A stretch of 64,000 nt of DNA from a virus. Below the pieces are notes generated by a model. The model was not told the origin of the DNA. It saw only the letters and a list, made by a program, of their open reading frames with translations, and did not search any database. The DNA is taken from positions 32,001 through 96,000 of IMG/VR virus record IMGVR_UViG_3300027881_000007, one strand, 5' to 3'. Positions 41,505 through 51,554 of this stretch are shown piece by piece. Position 1 is the stretch's first letter, and the number at the start of each line of letters is the position of its first letter. Both the position numbers and the translations under genes were made by a program.

Positions 41505-42323
41505 TTAGTCTCTAGTTGCTATAATACCTACATTGGCGAATGGTCGCCATGTGTTTACTGTTGCATCATTTCCAGTTGCTGCACCGTGGTCATGACTTCC
41601 GTCTGAATCCGTTGTTTCTGTTTTGCCTTTTAATGCTTCAGTGGTAGACGATTCCTTAGACCACGCTATGCCATTACCACCCTCTAAGATAATGTCACCA
41701 GTATAACTGGCATCACTAAGAATAACACCAGTTTTATCACTTGCCCAAATATCAACATCGTGAGTGTGTGTTCCATCAGAAGAGATTGAGTGATCATGAT
41801 CTGGTTGAGTCCAAGTACCCCTTTGTTCTCCACCGCCACCAGAACCATAATATGAAGATGAACCATGAACTGCCAAAACTGCATCTCCAAGGGTCATATC
41901 AATTGTCCAGCCAACTGGAGCGGCCGCTTGATAGAAATACATCTTTGTACCTGTCACAATACCAAGAATGTCAGCAGCTTCATCTGCATCAAGTGGATAT
42001 GCACCAATTACAATAAACTCAACAACATCAGCGGCAAGCAGGGAAGCACCAAATGTAACCGTATAGGGACCAGTTTCTTCATACTCATTTGAAAGAGTTG
42101 CGGCTACCTCTAAAGTAGCCTTCTGACCATTTACATAGACAAAAAGAGTATTTGATCCTGGAGAGTATGGATTAGTGAGAGTGAAGACAGTGTTACCTGA
42201 CGCACCATCTGAACCCACATTTCTCTGATACATTTGAAGACCTGAGATATTAGGATCGTCTCCTTCTGTCTTGATCTTCTCTAAATAGTGTTCTCCACTA
42301 GCGGTCTCTTTAACAATTGACAT
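41505..42323 (-). CDS. Tail fibre protein
   Basis: VYVNGQK domain; HxH metal-binding fibre motifs. Confidence 0.75.
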   Translation of the reverse strand: MSIVKETASGEHYLEKIKTEGDDPNISGLQMYQRNVGSDGASGNTVFTLTNPYSPGSNTLFVYVNGQKATLEVAATLSNEYEETGPYTVTFGASLLAADVVEFIVIGAYPLDADEAADILGIVTGTKMYFYQAAAPVGWTIDMTLGDAVLAVHGSSSYYGSGGGGEQRGTWTQPDHDHSISSDGTHTHDVDIWASDKTGVILSDASYTGDIILEGGNGIAWSKESSTTEALKGKTETTDSDGSHDHGAATGNDATVNTWRPFANVGIIATRD

Positions 42324-42338
42324 TTGGTATACTCCCTA

Positions 42339-42650
42339 TTACGGTTTTGAAAACTTGTTTTTTACACCGTCTATTTGAGTAATATATGCTTCTCCATCCG
42401 GTCCGATGTCCACACCATTGTCCCGCAGATATTTCAAAGTTTTTGTTATTGCATCAAGTTGATCGCCTTCTGATGGATATTCAATAATTCTGTTGTCTCT
42501 ATAGTCATTAAGAGGATATTCAGCTTCAGTAGCATCTCTTACAAAAGATAAATCATCTGGATGATCACTATCTATCCACTCATTACATTCTGCTGTCTCT
42601 AAGCGACTTCTCTCAATTACATTTCCCCCACCATCTCTTTTTACCCACAT
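42339..42650 (-). CDS. Tail fibre assembly-like protein
   Basis: RIIEYPSEGDQLDAI...VKNKFSKP. Confidence 0.65.
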   Translation of the reverse strand: MWVKRDGGGNVIERSRLETAECNEWIDSDHPDDLSFVRDATEAEYPLNDYRDNRIIEYPSEGDQLDAITKTLKYLRDNGVDIGPDGEAYITQIDGVKNKFSKP

Positions 42651-42662
42651 TACACATTCTCC

Positions 42663-43760
42663 TTAAAACTTTATAATAAAGTTTACAACTGCAATTGGAT
42701 TCAAAACGTCTTGAGTTCCTGAACCTCCAGAACCAGTTATACCATGGTTATGTGTATTTCCAGAACCAGCAGTTCCAGTATTAGGGTTGGAACCACGAGC
42801 ATCGCCACCACCTGTGATACTAGAACCAGCAGTAATTACAAAGTTTCCAGCAACAGCAGGGTGTGAGTGAATTGGCATCTCAGCTATTGTTAGAGCATGA
42901 CTACCAGTTGTATGAGTATGTGATATATCTACTGCCTCGGCACCATCAGTGTCGGCAACACTTCGACCACCACCTGGGCCATATGGACCTCTTTGAGCCA
43001 TATCTGGAACACTGAAGTTTGCTCCACCTCCACCCCAAGCATATCCAATAGCAGCAAATAAGTCTGGATAATCAGCAACAAGAACTGAAGCTCCATCACA
43101 GAGCAGAAAACCAGATGGTGTACTGGTTCCACCATGCATTAACATTGTACCAATGGGGACTAGATTGAGTAATTGTTGTGGAGTAGGATCAGGATTATAA
43201 AACACACCCCAACTTCTAACTTCTCCACTCCCTCCACCTGTGAAGCGCATCCTTAAATCAGAACCAGTATTTGAGAAGCTGTGGATTGCCCCATTATCAA
43301 CTGATTCCCAATTAGCTCCACCATCCGCTGTAGCTTCAATTGTGGGAGATCCAGAGTCATCAAAGTCAATATAGACCATACATTCTGTTACTGTAATTGC
43401 GAGAGTTCCATCATATATATCTACACTTTCAAGTATTTCACCTGCTGTAAATTCATACTTATTATCTGTAGCATTATAAGTCATAGTTGTTGAAGCAATT
43501 AAAAGTTCATTGATAAAACCATCCCAGCTACAGTTTAGATATATTGAATTACCGAGCATATCAGCGTACATATCAAATTCAGACCCGCCACCTCCACCTG
43601 CACCGTACTCTCTCCAACCAGTGTCAGTACCGTAGTACCTTAACTTTGTATCTTCTGTATAAACTTCTCTTCCTACATCTGCTGCCGTCCAAGCTGGAAG
43701 AGTTGATACTCGTTGTCCGATAAACGGACCTTGCATATCAGTTCCATAGTTTTTACTCAT
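42663..43760 (-). CDS. Tail collar domain/short tail fibre protein
   Basis: VPIGTMLM...PSGFLLCDGA...YPDLFAAIGYAWGG...FSVPD; LTIAEMPIHSH; VNFIIKF. Confidence 0.88.
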   Translation of the reverse strand: MSKNYGTDMQGPFIGQRVSTLPAWTAADVGREVYTEDTKLRYYGTDTGWREYGAGGGGGSEFDMYADMLGNSIYLNCSWDGFINELLIASTTMTYNATDNKYEFTAGEILESVDIYDGTLAITVTECMVYIDFDDSGSPTIEATADGGANWESVDNGAIHSFSNTGSDLRMRFTGGGSGEVRSWGVFYNPDPTPQQLLNLVPIGTMLMHGGTSTPSGFLLCDGASVLVADYPDLFAAIGYAWGGGGANFSVPDMAQRGPYGPGGGRSVADTDGAEAVDISHTHTTGSHALTIAEMPIHSHPAVAGNFVITAGSSITGGGDARGSNPNTGTAGSGNTHNHGITGSGGSGTQDVLNPIAVVNFIIKF

Positions 43761-43773
43761 TGAGAATCCTCCG

Positions 43774-45021
43774 TTATCCTACTACTACGGCATCGAGAGA
43801 TACGGTATTAACCGGCATCCAAACTCTGAGTTTATAAGGCGGGACTGTGATGAGTTCCTCATTAAGCGGGTAAATCTTATCAACTCCATCGAAAAAAGCA
43901 CTGGTTACTTGTAGACCACCAAGACTAGCTATATTAATATCATAATAATAGTCACCAGCACTTAGAGTCCAATCACCAGGTGCTGTAATTGATTCTCGAA
44001 TTATAGCGGCACCTGCAACAAAGAACATATTCTGTGGGAAGAACCACATACTTATTGTACTTGGTCCAGTGGCTGCACTTATTGCTGTTCCAACTGATTG
44101 ACGAAAAGCAGCAGGTAATACATTTGTAACTGTGCCTGCTTCTGAATCAGATAGATAGAGAGTATCTCCAATAGCAACTATAACTCCGGTTTCAACTGGT
44201 ACATCGTCGGCCCTACCTGCCATTCTGACTTTGCCGCTACCATCAGCCTCAAGACCAACTTGTAGGATTACAGCATCTGCTTGATGGTCAAACGAATCAG
44301 CAAGGGCAGGCACCATTGCTCCAGTTGCATCAATATAGGCCAACTCTCCAACAGTTAAACCAGTTGTATCAACATTATCTCTAATTGCATTGAATGTTTC
44401 CCAGCGGGAAGAAGTGCCCCAATACAATCTATCGGTTGACCTTACATAGATGATTCTTGCTTCATGTTCATCTTGATCAAATGATGGAATTTCATCTTGT
44501 ACACCTGCAAAGAGGGGAGCATAGACTCGTCTGTTTGCTGGGGTGCCTGGATCATAATCCCATACAGCGTCAATCTCAAATGCGGACCCACTCCATGACA
44601 CTTCAACTGCTTTTAGGAATAGGTATCTATCGGCCGTAAATAGAGTTGCTGTTTGACTTGGTAGGATAACTTTGATAGAGGCTTCCGGGGCGGGTCTAGA
44701 TTGTACATAAACATAATCAAGGACAACATAGTAATAACCTATTTCGTTCCACCATCCTCCAGACGGATCAACATAAAAATCACTGTCTTCAAAGTCTACA
44801 GTTAGAATTGATGTCGTCTGAATTAGTACATCGTCCTTGAAACATTGACCCTCTGAGCAATCAACTTCTGTAAGCGATGCTTGTGTAACCTCAATAGAAT
44901 GTGTGCCAAATAAGCAATTAAGTCCAGTGGTAATCATCCTGGTCAGCTTATTTACAACATTACTATGATAAGATGCATAGGGGTCAACTGTTCTTGATTG
45001 ACTTGGTGTTGGATTGCCCAT
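43774..45021 (-). CDS. Tail/baseplate-associated structural protein
   Basis: 415 aa; GDTLYLSDSEAGTVT capsid-cement-like motif; first gene of the structural operon. Confidence 0.6.
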   Translation of the reverse strand: MGNPTPSQSRTVDPYASYHSNVVNKLTRMITTGLNCLFGTHSIEVTQASLTEVDCSEGQCFKDDVLIQTTSILTVDFEDSDFYVDPSGGWWNEIGYYYVVLDYVYVQSRPAPEASIKVILPSQTATLFTADRYLFLKAVEVSWSGSAFEIDAVWDYDPGTPANRRVYAPLFAGVQDEIPSFDQDEHEARIIYVRSTDRLYWGTSSRWETFNAIRDNVDTTGLTVGELAYIDATGAMVPALADSFDHQADAVILQVGLEADGSGKVRMAGRADDVPVETGVIVAIGDTLYLSDSEAGTVTNVLPAAFRQSVGTAISAATGPSTISMWFFPQNMFFVAGAAIIRESITAPGDWTLSAGDYYYDINIASLGGLQVTSAFFDGVDKIYPLNEELITVPPYKLRVWMPVNTVSLDAVVVG

Positions 45022-45126
45022 CTTACCTAATCTCCCCTCTTAGGAATAAAGTCTATTATAGGTTTAAAATTTGTTCTAATTAATATCTATTGTTAGCATA
45101 ATCTAATTTTTTGTATTTGGCACATA

Positions 45127-45143
45127 TACTATATATATTAATT
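45127..45143 (+). promoter_or_regulatory. Conserved promoter-like motif TACTATATATATTAATT
   Basis: Recurs at 45371, 53474 and 57101 at starts of plus-strand units. Confidence 0.6.
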
Positions 45144-45178
45144 TCTGAAGTGATATGGATGTTTTGTTTTTTTGGTGT

Positions 45179-45354
45179 CTCTGGAGGTGGTGCATTAATG
45201 GTTTGCACATAATCGGTTGGAGGACCTCACTACGCCCGTCCTCAAATTCGGGAGGACACCTTTGGGAGTGGGTGAGTTGCGGCCTCCAGAGTTGATCGCG
45301 TAGACCTAGGGCGGAGAGAGTAAATATAACTTCTCTTCGCCCACCTTTTCTTTT
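45179..45354 (+). ncRNA. Candidate small structured RNA with intrinsic terminator
   Basis: CTCTGGAGGT/GCCTCCAGAG closing stem, internal hairpins, terminator 45309-45354. Confidence 0.5.
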
Positions 45355-45404
45355 CATGATTAAACAGAATCCTTATATATATTAATTACTAATTAAGACC
45401 AGGG

Positions 45405-45644
45405 TTGATGTTTTCTTTAAAACGTAGGCAGAGGAGGTTTTCAATCATGAAAGAGCAGGAGAAATTTCCCGACCTTGATGAAGATGTTGTTGAGATGATT
45501 AAATCCAACGATCTAATCAAGGTGAACTTTGAGAAGGGATATGTTGAATTTTATGATGGCAAAACGGAAAAACCTAACTTGGCGGTTTCTTTCCATGCAC
45601 CATCAACATTCATCAATGAAACAATAAGAGGATTTTGTAAGTAA
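45405..45644 (+). CDS. Hypothetical protein
   Basis: RBS GAGGAGG before ATG at 45447. Confidence 0.55.
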   Translation: MMFSLKRRQRRFSIMKEQEKFPDLDEDVVEMIKSNDLIKVNFEKGYVEFYDGKTEKPNLAVSFHAPSTFINETIRGFCK

Positions 45645-45760
45645 TACACAACTTGGTGGGGACTCCCAATTCATAAAATAATACTCCGGCACCGCGCCTG
45701 CTGGAGTTCCCCACCAAATTTTTTATATAGAATTTCTAATGAAAGGAGGGAGGGAAAAAT

Positions 45761-46195
45761 ATGAAAAAGATTTTCATTTTGGTACTAAGTATTTTGTTTC
45801 TAAGTGTGGGGGTTGCAGTTGCTGACATAGACTGGACTTTTACAGGTCCGGATACAAGTGTGACACCTATTGATGGAGGGACGAGGACCACGACTACTTG
45901 GTCAGCTACAGGTATAGGAACATATAATTATTCACCGGATCCTATCAATAAAGGTGAAGATCCTCCTCCAACAACGACGACACCAGTGGATATTCATGAA
46001 AGTGATTCCATTCCCAACAATCCCCCACCTACAACTATTAATACGTCTTCATCATGGAACAATAGCTCTACATTTGGTCCGGTAGTGGGAGGCAGTGGCC
46101 CAGTAGGTGGTAGTAGCAGCTTCTCATTTAGCAATGGGGGTATCCTGTGGGATGGTAGTTTTCGGGTTCCGCCCACTGATACACCATTACCCTAG
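45761..46195 (+). CDS. Secreted Pro/Thr/Ser-rich protein
   Basis: Signal peptide MKKIFILV...AVA. Confidence 0.7.
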   Translation: MKKIFILVLSILFLSVGVAVADIDWTFTGPDTSVTPIDGGTRTTTTWSATGIGTYNYSPDPINKGEDPPPTTTTPVDIHESDSIPNNPPPTTINTSSSWNNSSTFGPVVGGSGPVGGSSSFSFSNGGILWDGSFRVPPTDTPLP

Positions 46196-46247
46196 GTCAA
46201 TAAGTTGTTTCAAGTTTGTAAAATTTTCTAATGAAAGGAGGTAGCCT

Positions 46248-46892
46248 ATGAGGAAGATTTTACTTGTATTTTTCTTTGCTATATCAATTGTACTTTTGCT
46301 CTCCCCTATAGTTTTAGCACAAGATGCAGATGTAGGAGTAGCGCTACTTGAGATGCAATTGGTATCATCTGATCCAATCTTGATAACTCCAGGTGGAGAT
46401 GAAATCAAACCGGATAAATACAATTCTCCATCCGACATTGACACCCGAGTTGTCACTGACACAACTCCAACCTGTGAAGAGATCTTCACAATTATTGACA
46501 TGAAGCAGAAGGTGGGCACACCATTGTCATGGTATGACCAGGCAATGAGGGCAAGATGCATTGAGCAACCTATACCCGAAGATGATGATAAGCAGGATGA
46601 TTACAGACCTGAACTCTCATTAGCAGTGCCTGATACCCTTTCCAAAACTGAGGGAAAACTCACAAGAATCGAAATCAGAGTAACCAAGGACTGTTGCCCA
46701 TCACCTGATATTCCGGACTGTCCCACTTGTGGGGATAGACCATCTAAACATAGTCCGGATGTAACAAGGGCAACACAATCTGCTAACCGTCCACAATCAA
46801 CACATTCAACACAATCAAGTCGGTCATATAATGTTGAGAGAAGCTATCAGAGTACACCCAACGCAGATCGACCGGCTAGACCAAAGAGATAG
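46248..46892 (+). CDS. Secreted protein
   Basis: Signal peptide ending VLA; CCP/CPTC. Confidence 0.7.
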   Translation: MRKILLVFFFAISIVLLLSPIVLAQDADVGVALLEMQLVSSDPILITPGGDEIKPDKYNSPSDIDTRVVTDTTPTCEEIFTIIDMKQKVGTPLSWYDQAMRARCIEQPIPEDDDKQDDYRPELSLAVPDTLSKTEGKLTRIEIRVTKDCCPSPDIPDCPTCGDRPSKHSPDVTRATQSANRPQSTHSTQSSRSYNVERSYQSTPNADRPARPKR

Positions 46893-46897
46893 CAAAG

Positions 46898-47464
46898 ATG
46901 ACCTTTGAAAGGAGGACGTCCATGTGGCGTATGATGTATATATTAATCATTTTTGTTGCTGTCTCCTGTGCACCTAAGATGACCGTTTTGGTCGATGGGT
47001 ACCCTATGAGTCAAGAGCAGGAATACTTATGGGTCCCAGATCCAGAGGTTGGTATAAGGATTCAGTACTATGTTGCTGGGTGGATAAAGAAAGATCTTGG
47101 AGGGGAAGAATTGGAACCGTATCCAATCTACTTCAAGATCAACGAGAAGGAATATCTTCCTGATAACGTTGAAGCTGTGACACTCAACGCTTGGATTAAG
47201 AATCCAAAGAACATTGAATATAAGGTTAACTCTTGGGTTGATGTGTCAAAACCCCATACTCGGCGTGTCAGTAAGATCGAACCTGTTTGCGGACTTACTA
47301 GCAAACTTAACAACTTCATTACCATTCATGGTCCTGTTGATTCTGGTTCAACTGTAAGATTAAGAGCAGTTCTCTATGATAACCAAGGGCTTCCTTTAGT
47401 TGCTATTGGTGATGCATATTACAAAGTAAAAAAACCAAAGAACGAAGAGCTCTATTCTCAATAA
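46898..47464 (+). CDS. Lipoprotein
   Basis: Lipobox VAVSC. Confidence 0.7.
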   Translation: MTFERRTSMWRMMYILIIFVAVSCAPKMTVLVDGYPMSQEQEYLWVPDPEVGIRIQYYVAGWIKKDLGGEELEPYPIYFKINEKEYLPDNVEAVTLNAWIKNPKNIEYKVNSWVDVSKPHTRRVSKIEPVCGLTSKLNNFITIHGPVDSGSTVRLRAVLYDNQGLPLVAIGDAYYKVKKPKNEELYSQ

Positions 47465-47574
47465 TCGACAGTGATCAAATCTAAATTTGAAAGGGGGTGG
47501 TCAACAGTAGTGCGTAGGTAGAGGTAGTTACATTTTCAACTAATTATATTCCCCTTGAAAGGAGGAATAAAGAA

Positions 47575-48609
47575 ATGAAGAAGACTATGGTATTATTGTC
47601 AATTCTTGCACTTCTATGCTGGGTCCCGAGTGCCTTCGCCATTGAGGGTGTAGGTGACTGGGATGGCGCAGCAGCGCAAGGCCAACTGATGGACCAGACC
47701 CAAGGTGGCCAGGCTGTCTTTGATGCTGATGGAAATACCATTGGCGGTCTCATGGGTCAAGAGTCTGAAATGATCCAAGAGATGAAGGCCGGTGGAATCG
47801 CCACCGCCAGTGTTGACCCCTGTGTTGACTGTCCAGATGACAAGATAGCCATTGGCGGCGCCTACGCTCATTCCGAGATGGGTGTCTTCATGGAAGAAGG
47901 TCAACGTCAGGGTCAGGCTCAGATTGGTGTCTTCGGCCATATTTCCATCGACAAGCAAGAATGGTGGGAATTGAAGACCACCAAGAAGGGCGAGTTCAAC
48001 TCAGATGGAACCAAAACTTTCAGTCTGAACAAGACAGAGACTAGTGATTATGACAAGACTTTTGACTTGACGAAGACTGAGAGTCATGACTCCGACTGGG
48101 ACTTCCATGCTGACGTCGACGCAAACAAAACCTTCGACGTTGAAGCGGACGCCACTTTTGTCAATGAGAATGTAAACAAGACAGAAAATGAGTCCGAATC
48201 AGATGAAGGTCCTCCGGCAACAGAGTCATCCTCTGAAACCAACACCAACACCAACACTCATTCCTTCGACGGTGCCTTGGGCGTTGATAAGCATTTTGAT
48301 GCAGAAATCAATGCTGACGGTTCCCGTTCAGATGACTGGAGCAAGACTGTTGATGTTGACAAGACTGAGGACTTGACCGAGACAAAGACTGTAGAAGTCG
48401 TCAAAACTTGGGACAAGCACAATGACTTCGAGCTTGAGTGTACAGTCGTCGAGCACCACCAGAAAACTCTGACCTTTGATGGCAACGGTGTTGCTGGGGT
48501 CCAGTATGGTGGAGGCTATCAGTATGGAACGATCCAAGGGTATGCTAATGCAGGTGCCATGGGTGGAAGCCTTGACTACAACCCCATCGTCAGGCCTACT
48601 CTAGAATAA
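47575..48609 (+). CDS. Secreted acidic beta-strand-rich protein
   Basis: Signal peptide ending AFA; KT(F/V)D repeats arranged around a central EGPP. Confidence 0.75.
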   Translation: MKKTMVLLSILALLCWVPSAFAIEGVGDWDGAAAQGQLMDQTQGGQAVFDADGNTIGGLMGQESEMIQEMKAGGIATASVDPCVDCPDDKIAIGGAYAHSEMGVFMEEGQRQGQAQIGVFGHISIDKQEWWELKTTKKGEFNSDGTKTFSLNKTETSDYDKTFDLTKTESHDSDWDFHADVDANKTFDVEADATFVNENVNKTENESESDEGPPATESSSETNTNTNTHSFDGALGVDKHFDAEINADGSRSDDWSKTVDVDKTEDLTETKTVEVVKTWDKHNDFELECTVVEHHQKTLTFDGNGVAGVQYGGGYQYGTIQGYANAGAMGGSLDYNPIVRPTLE

Positions 48610-48651
48610 TCTCCAGACCTGAGAGAAACTAGTTTTTCTCTTAGAAGGAGG

Positions 48652-49209
48652 ATGGCAATGAAGAAGCTAGCAATCTTGCTTGGATTCATTGCCTTCGCTC
48701 TCTTTGTATCACCAGTCTACGCTGATACAAGCGTAGTTGCAGACTGGGACGCAGAGTCCTCTCAAATAATGGTGTTTGATCAGACCATTGATCTGATCAA
48801 CCGCTCAGAAGTTGATGGACTCGTAATTAATAAGGATGTGGATGATCTGTTTAATAAGGAAACGCAAACTATTGCTGCTCCTGTTCAGGCTGGTTTTTTC
48901 GACCACAAAGAATTCCAAAGACTCTGGAAGGAGGGGGAGGTTGTAGACCTTTCTGAACTTATAGAGTCGAAAGGAATGGAGCAGGATACAGAATCGTTAG
49001 CTGTTCAGCAGATTAATACGAAAACTGAAGTTAGCGGAGCAGACTGCAACAATGACAAATCTAGTGCTAGTACAGGAGCATCTGCTGCTCTTGTTCAAGG
49101 ATATGACGCGTCACAGGCTGGATATGGGAGCGGATTTATTGGATACCAAGCAGGAACTAGTCAATCAGCAACTGCCAGTAGTGTCAACTCGACTACTACT
49201 AGTCAGTAA
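48652..49209 (+). CDS. Secreted protein
   Basis: Signal peptide ending VYA; Ser/Ala/Gln-rich C-terminus. Confidence 0.7.
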   Translation: MAMKKLAILLGFIAFALFVSPVYADTSVVADWDAESSQIMVFDQTIDLINRSEVDGLVINKDVDDLFNKETQTIAAPVQAGFFDHKEFQRLWKEGEVVDLSELIESKGMEQDTESLAVQQINTKTEVSGADCNNDKSSASTGASAALVQGYDASQAGYGSGFIGYQAGTSQSATASSVNSTTTSQ

Positions 49210-49221
49210 GGAGGAACACGC

Positions 49222-49998
49222 ATGAAGAGAACGTTATTTGCGTTACTCTTGGTTGTTGTTTTGATTTTTGCCTATACCCCTGTATGGTCTGGGGAGGCCA
49301 GCGAGAACTCCAATGAAGAGCAAGTGGAGGCTCTCGGTGAGGCCGGAGGCAGTGTGTTCAACGAGCAGGATACCTATGGAAGTAACTTCCAGATGGATCT
49401 ATACATCGAAAAGTTCGAGATGGACCAGACGACAAACTGGAATCCTCAGTTGGATGCAAAAGTCGAAATAATCAAAACCATTAACATTAACAAAACCAAG
49501 ACTGTCGATGTTGATATAGATGTCAATAAGACTGAAACGACCAACGAAAACAAAACTGTGGACGTGGACGTGGACGTCAATAAAACCGAGACCCAAGGTG
49601 AAGGTGGAGAGGTTCTTCAGGCAACTAATGAAGTTCTGAACTCCTCCAACGGTAACGGTCATGGTAATGACATTGAGGTTGACATTGACTGGTACCCAAT
49701 GTGTTGCACAGAAGTCGACATTATAATGGAGAATGTCCAGATTTCCATGATGTCCCAAACGGGTGGACAGTACTCTGATATGGGTGTCGATAATGCCTAC
49801 GCAGTCGGAGAAGGTTCCTTCGAGATGCGTGGTCTGAATCAGAACTTAGTGCAGCAGCAACTCAATGCTTCCAACGGAGCAGTTGGTGTACAGCAAATTG
49901 CGACCAGTTCCGCTACCGAGGTTCTTATCAATGGTGGTGGTGCTGTTGTAACTACTGATACCTACGAATCCTCAGGAGGCCTTGGCATCGTCGACTAA
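49222..49998 (+). CDS. Secreted beta-repeat protein
   Basis: Signal peptide; KTVDVDxDVNKTET repeats. Confidence 0.75.
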   Translation: MKRTLFALLLVVVLIFAYTPVWSGEASENSNEEQVEALGEAGGSVFNEQDTYGSNFQMDLYIEKFEMDQTTNWNPQLDAKVEIIKTININKTKTVDVDIDVNKTETTNENKTVDVDVDVNKTETQGEGGEVLQATNEVLNSSNGNGHGNDIEVDIDWYPMCCTEVDIIMENVQISMMSQTGGQYSDMGVDNAYAVGEGSFEMRGLNQNLVQQQLNASNGAVGVQQIATSSATEVLINGGGAVVTTDTYESSGGLGIVD

Positions 49999-50022
49999 TA
50001 GCAGGCAAAAAAGGAGCATAGG

Positions 50023-50823
50023 ATGAAACGTTTCCTATATATTCTAGTTGTCCTGTTCGCCTGCTTAACCATGGCGATCCCAGCTTATGCTGGAGATCTG
50101 GACGCTAGCGGGCAAGTCGGCGATCAGAACAATAACAACACGGAAAACAATGTTGCAAACGCCAATCAGAATGCGAATGCTCAGAACCAGTTCATGATTG
50201 GAGGTTCTCCGCAGTCAACCATCACAACGCATGGTTCGGAGATTCCCAGAAGCTTCCCAGTACCGGGTTCCGTTAACTATCCCGGTTATCCACAGTACTT
50301 CGGCCAGCCCACAGAGGACTACAACTTTCAGAAAGCAGGCGTTATGCTGCTTTTCAAGAAGGTGTGGACTCGGGCTGAACTGGAGGCCATGGTAGGTGGC
50401 AGGGTTAGGCTCAACTCGAAATCTTTGGTTCCCCTGAAGAAGAAAGATGAAAGACTTCCTGAGGATACCATTGAGATCATAATCAAGCGGCCGCAGTACC
50501 CTGTACAGCAAGTAGGTCTCATTTATGTGTCAAGCAAAAATGTAGACTCCACTTCAATGGAAGTTTTATCCAAAGCTGCTCTATCTGCTCTGGACATGGG
50601 AGCCAAAACACTATTTCTGACCGCCGAAGGTTACTCACGAGTAATCAAGGCATTTGGGTGGGGTATCGGTTTGAACTACACTCAGGCCTGGATTCAGAAT
50701 TCCGGCAAAGGACAGAATAATGGTGGTGTTGGTTCCGGTGGTACTGGAATCTCTGGTGGTGAAGCTGGATATAAGAGCAAACCCTGGATTCAAATGTTTG
50801 CTCTGAAACCCCTAGCGGAATAA
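50023..50823 (+). CDS. Secreted protein with N/Q-rich N-terminus
   Basis: Signal peptide ending AYA; QNNNNTENNVANANQNANAQNQ; Gly-rich C-terminal hairpin. Confidence 0.75.
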   Translation: MKRFLYILVVLFACLTMAIPAYAGDLDASGQVGDQNNNNTENNVANANQNANAQNQFMIGGSPQSTITTHGSEIPRSFPVPGSVNYPGYPQYFGQPTEDYNFQKAGVMLLFKKVWTRAELEAMVGGRVRLNSKSLVPLKKKDERLPEDTIEIIIKRPQYPVQQVGLIYVSSKNVDSTSMEVLSKAALSALDMGAKTLFLTAEGYSRVIKAFGWGIGLNYTQAWIQNSGKGQNNGGVGSGGTGISGGEAGYKSKPWIQMFALKPLAE

Positions 50824-50847
50824 CCAGCCTATACTAAACCATTAACC

Positions 50848-50890
50848 CCCTACTGACGAGTCAATCTCGACTTGTCAGTAGGGCTTTTCT
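50848..50890 (+). terminator. Intrinsic terminator
   Basis: CCCTACTGACGAGTC/GACTTGTCAGTAGGG stem followed by T-tract. Confidence 0.8.
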
Positions 50891-50914
50891 TAATTTTTTT
50901 TATGGATAATAATC

Positions 50915-51472
50915 ATGGACCTTTGGTTAGAAGAATACGAAATTTCCAGATGGGCGTTTGAGTATTGTCGAGATACCTCAAACTCATTTGAAATCGCTGA
51001 TCTAATTACAGTTTCCAAATGGGCATATGAATACTGTAGGTGGGTTAAAGATGATATTAGGATCAGACGCAGAATAACTAAGTCAGAACATGCCTACTTC
51101 TACTGTAGATTCGTTATGGACTTTCCAAGTATACGAAAATACATAACGGAACCAGAGGATGCATATTATTATTGTAAAGAGCGTGAGAATCGTCCAGAGG
51201 TGAGGAAGTACATAACAGACTCATACTGGGCATACATTTATTGTAGGGAAATTGAGAATGATCCCGAGGTAGCAAAGTACATAACAATTCAGAACCTCTC
51301 AATGGTCTACTCAGTCAACATGGCCACAAACGCTAACGAGTTGATATTAAAGGAGACCGAAGTTCTTGAACTGTTAGACAAAGAAACAAAAGAGGCGTGT
51401 ATAGACTCTGCAATTGAGAACCACAAAAAACTGAAGCACAATAAGGCGGGACAACGAAAAAAAGTGGGGTGA
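50915..51472 (+). CDS. Helical repeat protein
   Basis: Five ~24-aa repeats IT-x2-(W/H/D)A(Y/F)xYC(R/K). Confidence 0.7.
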   Translation: MDLWLEEYEISRWAFEYCRDTSNSFEIADLITVSKWAYEYCRWVKDDIRIRRRITKSEHAYFYCRFVMDFPSIRKYITEPEDAYYYCKERENRPEVRKYITDSYWAYIYCREIENDPEVAKYITIQNLSMVYSVNMATNANELILKETEVLELLDKETKEACIDSAIENHKKLKHNKAGQRKKVG

Positions 51473-51554
51473 TACCATTTTAGCATCACCCCGTAACTGA
51501 ATAGTAACTCTCTCGTTATGTGAGATAGTAAGTTTATTATTTGTTCTGCATTTC

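Noticed and set aside
40710-42323. Diversity-generating retroelement TR/VR pair
   Set aside because: No reverse transcriptase in the window; the differences include indels and are not adenine-specific
688-44639. Numerous short plus-strand ORFs antisense to minus-strand genes
   Set aside because: Shadow ORFs lacking RBS or motifs, fully overlapping better-supported genes
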